Position numbers and translations under genes: made by a program
Notes under the pieces: model-generated
The model's input: only the letters and a program-made list of their open reading frames with translations
What the model was told of the DNA's origin: nothing
Database searches by the model: none
Part shown: in pieces, positions 41,970 to 46,844 of the stretch
How positions within the stretch are numbered: position 1 is the stretch's first letter
Layout of the letters: each line of letters opens with the position of its first letter
IMG/VR virus record: IMGVR_UViG_3300044711_000109
Span: 1 to 46,844 of that record
Reading direction: 5' to 3' (one strand)
DNA: 46,844 nt
From: a virus

Positions 41970-44213
41970 TCATTGGACGACGTCGCCTCCCTCTGGAGCT
42001 TCGCCGCCCGCTGGAGGAGAAGCTGCAGGAGGTTGAGGAACGCTGGGTTCCCCTCCAGGGCTTGGAGGTGCTCCGGGCCCGCCTCCAGGTCCGCCGGGAA
42101 GAGCGCCTCCGGGTTGGGGAGTCTGCATCTGAGCAAGGGCTGCCTCCATCTGCACGTTCTGCTGTGCTTCGAGCTGCGCGTTGCGCTCCTCGACCAGCGT
42201 CTCGATTTCCCTGGTGAGGTCGTACGCGTCCTCGTCGGTCACAACCTCGCCAACCAGGTCGCGCAGAGTCTTCTGGTCGCGGTCGATGATCTTCTGGAAG
42301 ACCTTCAGGCCGGCCGGGGAAAGCGGGGTTTGGATGTTGATGATCGCCGCCATTACCTTCGCGACGTACTCCCCGTCCTCCATGAGCATCTTCTTGACGG
42401 CCATCACCTGCGCGGGGTCGATCTCTTTGGCGAGCGCTTCGTCGGAGGCGGTGAGCGCCACGCGGAAATTGTCCATGCAGTCGCCGACCGGGAAGCGGAA
42501 CGGGAGCTCCATCGTCGCTTTCGCGTCCTCATCCCACATTGGGAGGATTTCGCCGAGCGGCTGGTACTGGCGGCGCGTCTCGGCGTCGAGGCGCATCAGC
42601 CGGCCGAACTTCGCGCTGAGGCGGTGGAGAAAAAGGTGCGGCTCTTCGGAGGCCTGCTCGATCGCCTGCGCCATCGTGTTCGCTGGCGTGCGCCCGCCTG
42701 GGTCGCCGGTCGAATACTTGGTTTGCTTCGAATCGAGTTGCGACATCGAGAGGAAGAATTTCAGGTGCTCCAGCATCGAGTCGTGCGCGGCGCCGGCGCG
42801 GACGACGTCGAAGTCTTGCTCCATACCCGGAACCCACGTCCCCGGCTGCATGGTGGGGTTCGCCTTCGCGAAGGCTTCCATGACGGAGTTGTCCGGGTCA
42901 TACCTGTAGAGCAGGTTGTTCGCGTGGAAGAGGTTCTTGATCTCCGCCTGAACGATGTGCGTGAAGACGGTCTGGTGGTACTTCGCGTTTCCGACCGTCG
43001 ACTCGCCGTCGTCCGCCTGGTCGATCAGCTCGAAAGGGCGCTCCTGGTGCTCGTAGTCGTTGAGAAAGCAGTCCATGAGCTTCCCGCCAGTGCGATGGAA
43101 GTTCCCGATGAGGTTGAGGCGCTTGATCTTCTTCTTTCCGTCGACCGGATCTTTGAACGCGACCTCGCGGTAAAACCACGTACTCCACACGTCGCAGTCC
43201 TGGACGGGCTTCTGTGGAGTCTTTTTTTCGGTCGTCGCCGCGGCCTTGGCGCGGTTCGGGTCGAAGTGGTCGGTGAGGTTCTGCGCGAGCTTTTGCGCCT
43301 CGTCGTCGTTCTCGATGAGGAAGAGCTTCTCGGCCTGCCACATCTTGAGCAGCTTGTCCGCGCTCCAGGGCGTTCGCTCGGCGAACCATGGCGTGATCGC
43401 GAAGGCGTCCTCTTGGTAGAGGTATTCGAGCGGCATCATCCCGTTGAAAAATGGGATCAGGTAATGCTGCACGATATCGCCGCGCATTCGCGTCGACTCG
43501 TATTTGTCGCTGAGATCGAGCTCTCTTCCCTTGACCTTCGGAACGAGCACCGTGCCCTCGTTCGGGTCCGCGGCGACCTTCCACCAGAACGGGCACCCTT
43601 TGACCGCGCCGCCGATCGCGCGCTGCAGCTTGCGGCCGAAGTTGATGCGCTCGCGGACGATGAACTCGTAGCCTTGACGGAGGCGCTTGGCGACCTCCTC
43701 GGCCGTCTTGGTCTCGACCTGCGGGGCCGGTGGGGGCAGAGGTGCTTGTGGCTGAGGTACTTCCGACTCAGTGTAAAGCTGCGCTTGCGGGTTTACGTTT
43801 GGCTCCACGGCGGCCATAGACAGCGCCGGTACGGGCACGTCGTAGGACGCGCCGAGGTAGGCGTCCCACTTGAACACGGGGCGAGCGCGCATCACCTTGT
43901 TGTAGGTCGCCGCGATCACCTGCGCGGCCGGGATGCGGGCGAGCGGCGCAGGGTAGATGACCGAGCCGGAATCCGGGATGGGTGGGGTGGAGAGCTTGGT
44001 CGCGCGGTACGTCTCCAGGTTCTCAACGGCTTGCTCCCAAATCCCCTGCCAGTCCCTGTGCGTAGCGTTCAACTCGTCGGCGAGGTACTTGTTGACGGCG
44101 GCCAACTCGTCACCCTTGAAGATGACGCGGATGAAGCCGCGCGCGTCGGTTTCGAGTTTGACTGAATCGATCTTCGCGTCGAGGAGGTCGCGGAATCGGG
44201 TGGCTTCGCTCAT
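41970..44213 (-). CDS. Portal protein candidate (747 aa)
   Basis: It is the largest head-module ORF, two genes downstream of TerL, with an ATGA overlap with the upstream gene. The C-terminal tail is Gly/Pro-rich. The call rests on size and position. Confidence 0.6.
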   Translation of the reverse strand: MSEATRFRDLLDAKIDSVKLETDARGFIRVIFKGDELAAVNKYLADELNATHRDWQGIWEQAVENLETYRATKLSTPPIPDSGSVIYPAPLARIPAAQVIAATYNKVMRARPVFKWDAYLGASYDVPVPALSMAAVEPNVNPQAQLYTESEVPQPQAPLPPPAPQVETKTAEEVAKRLRQGYEFIVRERINFGRKLQRAIGGAVKGCPFWWKVAADPNEGTVLVPKVKGRELDLSDKYESTRMRGDIVQHYLIPFFNGMMPLEYLYQEDAFAITPWFAERTPWSADKLLKMWQAEKLFLIENDDEAQKLAQNLTDHFDPNRAKAAATTEKKTPQKPVQDCDVWSTWFYREVAFKDPVDGKKKIKRLNLIGNFHRTGGKLMDCFLNDYEHQERPFELIDQADDGESTVGNAKYHQTVFTHIVQAEIKNLFHANNLLYRYDPDNSVMEAFAKANPTMQPGTWVPGMEQDFDVVRAGAAHDSMLEHLKFFLSMSQLDSKQTKYSTGDPGGRTPANTMAQAIEQASEEPHLFLHRLSAKFGRLMRLDAETRRQYQPLGEILPMWDEDAKATMELPFRFPVGDCMDNFRVALTASDEALAKEIDPAQVMAVKKMLMEDGEYVAKVMAAIINIQTPLSPAGLKVFQKIIDRDQKTLRDLVGEVVTDEDAYDLTREIETLVEERNAQLEAQQNVQMEAALAQMQTPQPGGALPGGPGGGPGAPPSPGGEPSVPQPPAASPPAGGEAPEGGDVVQ

Positions 44214-44557
44214 GCGCTCTTTGCCATCCGTTCCTGCGCTTCGTGGAAATAGACGATCGGAATCATGTCGCCGATCTTGATCTCCTGCGCCATTCCGCTC
44301 TCGACGTAGGACGCGGCAACGGCCGACGCCTCGCGGTAGAGCCTTTTGACCGCCGCCATGCCGCCCTCATCTTTGGCGTCGGCGATCAGCTCTTCGGGAA
44401 CGGCAATGGCTACCGCCCAAATCCGCGCAGGCTGCGGAGCTGGGATCGCCTCACGCTTCAGCGCGCGGAAGAGCATCGCCCCGGCTTCGAAATGGCGGAA
44501 CCTGCGCACGTACACCCGTCCATCACGCGGCAACTGGCACCCCCAAAATCGGGTCAA
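44210..44557 (-). CDS. Hypothetical protein between terminase and portal
   Basis: This is the track ORF. The start is uncertain (TTG 44557, GTG 44515 or ATG 44476). Confidence 0.5.
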   Translation of the reverse strand: MTRFWGCQLPRDGRVYVRRFRHFEAGAMLFRALKREAIPAPQPARIWAVAIAVPEELIADAKDEGGMAAVKRLYREASAVAASYVESGMAQEIKIGDMIPIVYFHEAQERMAKSA

Positions 44558-46433
44558 TCTTCGGCCGCGGCAGCGCCGACTCCATCTCGTCTTCCTGGCG
44601 CTCCTTTTCGGAGCGGCTGCGCTTGTTGACCGCGCGATGCATCGCCAACGAGTCCGCGATGCCGTCGATGTCGTTCTTGACTCCCCGGATGTTCTTCAAC
44701 TCGTTCCGCGTCGCGTTCCCCAGCTTGTCGGGGCGCAGGAGCATCTGATACATGGCCAGCGGCTCAGCGAGGCCAGCGCGAAGGTGCGCGCGCTTCGAGC
44801 CAGCGTGACGGATGGGCCGCATCCGCGAGCGCAGCCGGCGGAGGCGCTTGTCGGTCACCATGAGGTTCGCGACAACCGCATCCTGCCAGGCCGAGGCGTC
44901 GAAACCGATCACGCGGAAGTGGTAGTAGTCGTCCATCTCGGCAAGCGCGTCGATCCAGCCCTCGGTGCCCGTCGAGTCGGACTTCGTCTCGAGCTGAAAG
45001 GCCACCATTTCCGGATCGGTGCCGATCGCCGACACGGCCCAGTTGTCCGGATCGTGGTACGAGGTTCGGGTCTCTTCTTCGCGCGATGCCCACGCCGGAT
45101 CTACCAGGGCCACGCGGTCGAGGTCGAGCCACGGGCAGTAGACGATCGTTTTCGCGTTCGCGCGCCAGCCGTCCAGGAGGTTCCCGTCGGCGTCGACGAC
45201 TTGGCGGTCCTTCTTGGCGACGGGCCGTCCCTCATCGTCTCGGCAAAACCGCGCGACGAGGAAACGCCCCAGCTTATGCTGCGAGGCTTTGGTGTGCGCG
45301 AACGGCCCCAACCACCACCGATCAGGGTCATCCACCAGCGCGGGCGGAAAGAGCCGCCCGCTCGCCGAGCGGCTGAGCAGCAGATAGTTGTTGAGCCACG
45401 AACGGACGCCGTCCGGCTCGTTCTCGTCGGAAAGGACATGGCGCTGAAGTTTGGCGATCCGCTCAGGCGGGTACATCTGCGGAATCGTGGGGGTACCACG
45501 AACGAGGACGTTCGGAATCGGCCCATCGTGCTCCTCGATCGGCAGGCGGATGGTCAGGCACTCCTGCGCCATCGCCCGCGAGGTGAGGAAGCCGTCGTCG
45601 TCGTCCTCCTCGTGCTTGGTGCCGACTTCGCGCCGGCGGATCCGGCGCGTCGGCATGTAGAAGCCCGTCAGGCCGCGCATCCAGCGCAGGACGCCTTTCA
45701 GTTCCACCGGCGAGGAGTTGCCCTCATTGACCAGATCGTCGGTAAAAAACGTGTCGTAGTGCGCGCCCTCGTCTTTGGTGATGTACCCGCCCGCCTGAAT
45801 CGTCGTCTGAGGGTGGGAGATCGTCCGGCCGCCGAGGGTGATCTCCTTCATGGTGATGAGCTTCGAGAGGTTGCCCTCGGGGATGCGCTCGGGGAAGAAA
45901 TCGCGGTACGTTCCCGAGAGAACCGTCGCGCCGATCTGCTCGCAGAAGGCCCACGCCTTGTCGTCGGTCGCGCAAGTGATCTTGATCGTCGAATTCGGAT
46001 CGACAGTCGCCATGAAGAGCGCGGCCCCGTGCGTGATGGTCGAGCTTTTGAAGATCCCGCGGAACCATCGGAAATTGAGGAAGTCGAGCGCGGCGTCGAG
46101 CTCGCGCCAGCCGTTCGGGGTTCGCCAGTCGATCTGCCGCGCCCAAAGCCCGTCGCGGAATCGGCGCTGGACGTACGAGTCGAAGCCGCGCGCGTCGAGC
46201 ACTTCGATGAGGCGGTCGGTCAGGCCGCACGCCGCGTAGCTCATCGGCATGTGCAGCTCCGGGATCATCTCGTTGTGCTTGCAAATCTTCTTGGTGAAGA
46301 GGTAGCTGTCGCTCAGAAGCACCTCGCGCAGGCGCCTCCACTGCGTCGAGGAAAGCGACCGCCGGCGGGCGCGCGAATCGATCGCCTCGCCCGCGTCGCG
46401 CTGCTCACTGAGTCTGGAGTTCAGACTTGTCAA
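44523..46433 (-). CDS. terL: Terminase large subunit
   Basis: P-loop-like WFRGIFKSST, a large two-domain size, and a position between TerS and the portal. I propose TTG 46433 as the start (9 nt after GGAGG), because the 46616 track start would overlap TerS by 212 nt. Confidence 0.65.
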   Translation of the reverse strand: MTSLNSRLSEQRDAGEAIDSRARRRSLSSTQWRRLREVLLSDSYLFTKKICKHNEMIPELHMPMSYAACGLTDRLIEVLDARGFDSYVQRRFRDGLWARQIDWRTPNGWRELDAALDFLNFRWFRGIFKSSTITHGAALFMATVDPNSTIKITCATDDKAWAFCEQIGATVLSGTYRDFFPERIPEGNLSKLITMKEITLGGRTISHPQTTIQAGGYITKDEGAHYDTFFTDDLVNEGNSSPVELKGVLRWMRGLTGFYMPTRRIRRREVGTKHEEDDDDGFLTSRAMAQECLTIRLPIEEHDGPIPNVLVRGTPTIPQMYPPERIAKLQRHVLSDENEPDGVRSWLNNYLLLSRSASGRLFPPALVDDPDRWWLGPFAHTKASQHKLGRFLVARFCRDDEGRPVAKKDRQVVDADGNLLDGWRANAKTIVYCPWLDLDRVALVDPAWASREEETRTSYHDPDNWAVSAIGTDPEMVAFQLETKSDSTGTEGWIDALAEMDDYYHFRVIGFDASAWQDAVVANLMVTDKRLRRLRSRMRPIRHAGSKRAHLRAGLAEPLAMYQMLLRPDKLGNATRNELKNIRGVKNDIDGIADSLAMHRAVNKRSRSEKERQEDEMESALPRPKIDPILGVPVAA

Positions 46434-46844
46434 CGAGTTCCGCCTCCATTGCTTCGGGTGCCGGGCCGAGCGCGCGCCGGCGCAGGGTGTTGAGCTGCAG
46501 GGTTTCTTCGAGGATGCCGTCCAGGTCGTTGCCGTCGATCTCGACCGTGTCGTCGCCGAGCAGCCGTTCCTGCTGGTGGATCTCGGTGTGCTGCGAGAGG
46601 ATAGCCTTGCGGTCAAGCGATTTGCCCTCGGTGCGGTCGAAGGCTTCCTTGAGCGCGCCGAGGGCGAGGGCGTCGAGGATGAGGGTCGTTTGCCCTTGCG
46701 CGTCGGTCTCGGCGCGGTCGAGCAGCGCTTCGAGCAACCGCCACCCCTTTTCGTTCACTCGGCGCTTTGCGTCCGCCGCGGCGAACCGGATGGCGACGCG
46801 CTTTTGAATGCCCTCCTGCACCCAAGCGGAGAGCAGCTCGATCA
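46405..46844 (-). CDS. Terminase small subunit, C-terminal part (continues from 1..293 across the junction; 201 aa in total)
   Basis: The ORF is open to the window edge. 46718-46844 duplicates 1-127, so the true start is the ATG at 293. Confidence 0.5.
   Translation of the reverse strand, partial: IELLSAWVQEGIQKRVAIRFAAADAKRRVNEKGWRLLEALLDRAETDAQGQTTLILDALALGALKEAFDRTEGKSLDRKAILSQHTEIHQQERLLGDDTVEIDGNDLDGILEETLQLNTLRRRALGPAPEAMEAELVDKSELQTQ
46718..46844. repeat. Terminal direct repeat, identical to 1..127
   Basis: Read directly. Confidence 0.95.

Noticed and set aside
41487-44165. An 892-aa + strand ORF, with similar long + ORFs at 44346..46493, 38038..38952, 36322..37383 and 25990..26808
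   Set aside because: These are shadow frames antisense to the portal, terminase, capsid-like and other well-formed minus-strand genes. Their translations are Arg/Leu/Gly/Val-rich low-information sequence, typical of GC-rich antisense frames, and they lack ribosome-binding sites.

Overview
The window is a GC-rich, complete tailed-phage genome. Bases 1-127 are identical to 46718-46844, so the unique sequence is 46,717 bp, and the small-terminase ORF is only whole when the two ends are joined. I found no rRNA, tRNA, CRISPR array, integrase, transposase or partition gene. The genome has four transcription arms. (i) 381-2378 (+) holds small early genes, including a GroES-like co-chaperonin. (ii) 9936-2410 (-) holds an XRE/Cro-like operon, a DUF5131 (Gp37/Gp68, three-Cys) gene followed by a nucleoside 2-deoxyribosyltransferase-like operon, and a detached tail-fibre cassette. 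(iii) 10061-24502 (+) holds regulators; a recombination/replication module (PD-(D/E)XK exonuclease, Sak4-like ATPase, DnaC-like loader, RuvC-like resolvase); a lysis cassette (M15 endolysin plus membrane proteins); and envelope-targeted accessory genes (a secreted PKD-domain protein, a lipoprotein, a Cys-rich secreted protein). (iv) 46844/293-24557 (-) is the virion module: TerS, TerL, portal, scaffold-like, decoration-like and major-capsid-like proteins, a glycosyltransferase + methyltransferase pair, a nozzle-sized 763-aa protein and four large internal-virion-like proteins. That content looks podovirus-like, because I recognise no tape-measure, sheath or tube genes. The best-supported non-coding signals are two families of conserved intergenic motifs. 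One is a 17-mer sigma70-type promoter present three times. The other is a five-copy TCACGAAnATT element, two copies of which extend into a homologous ~62-nt promoter/leader block. There are also several -10 boxes 6-12 nt from start codons (leaderless-type starts) and an orphan + strand terminator that closes a gene-free antisense unit. All functional calls rest on motifs read by eye and on gene order; no database search was possible.
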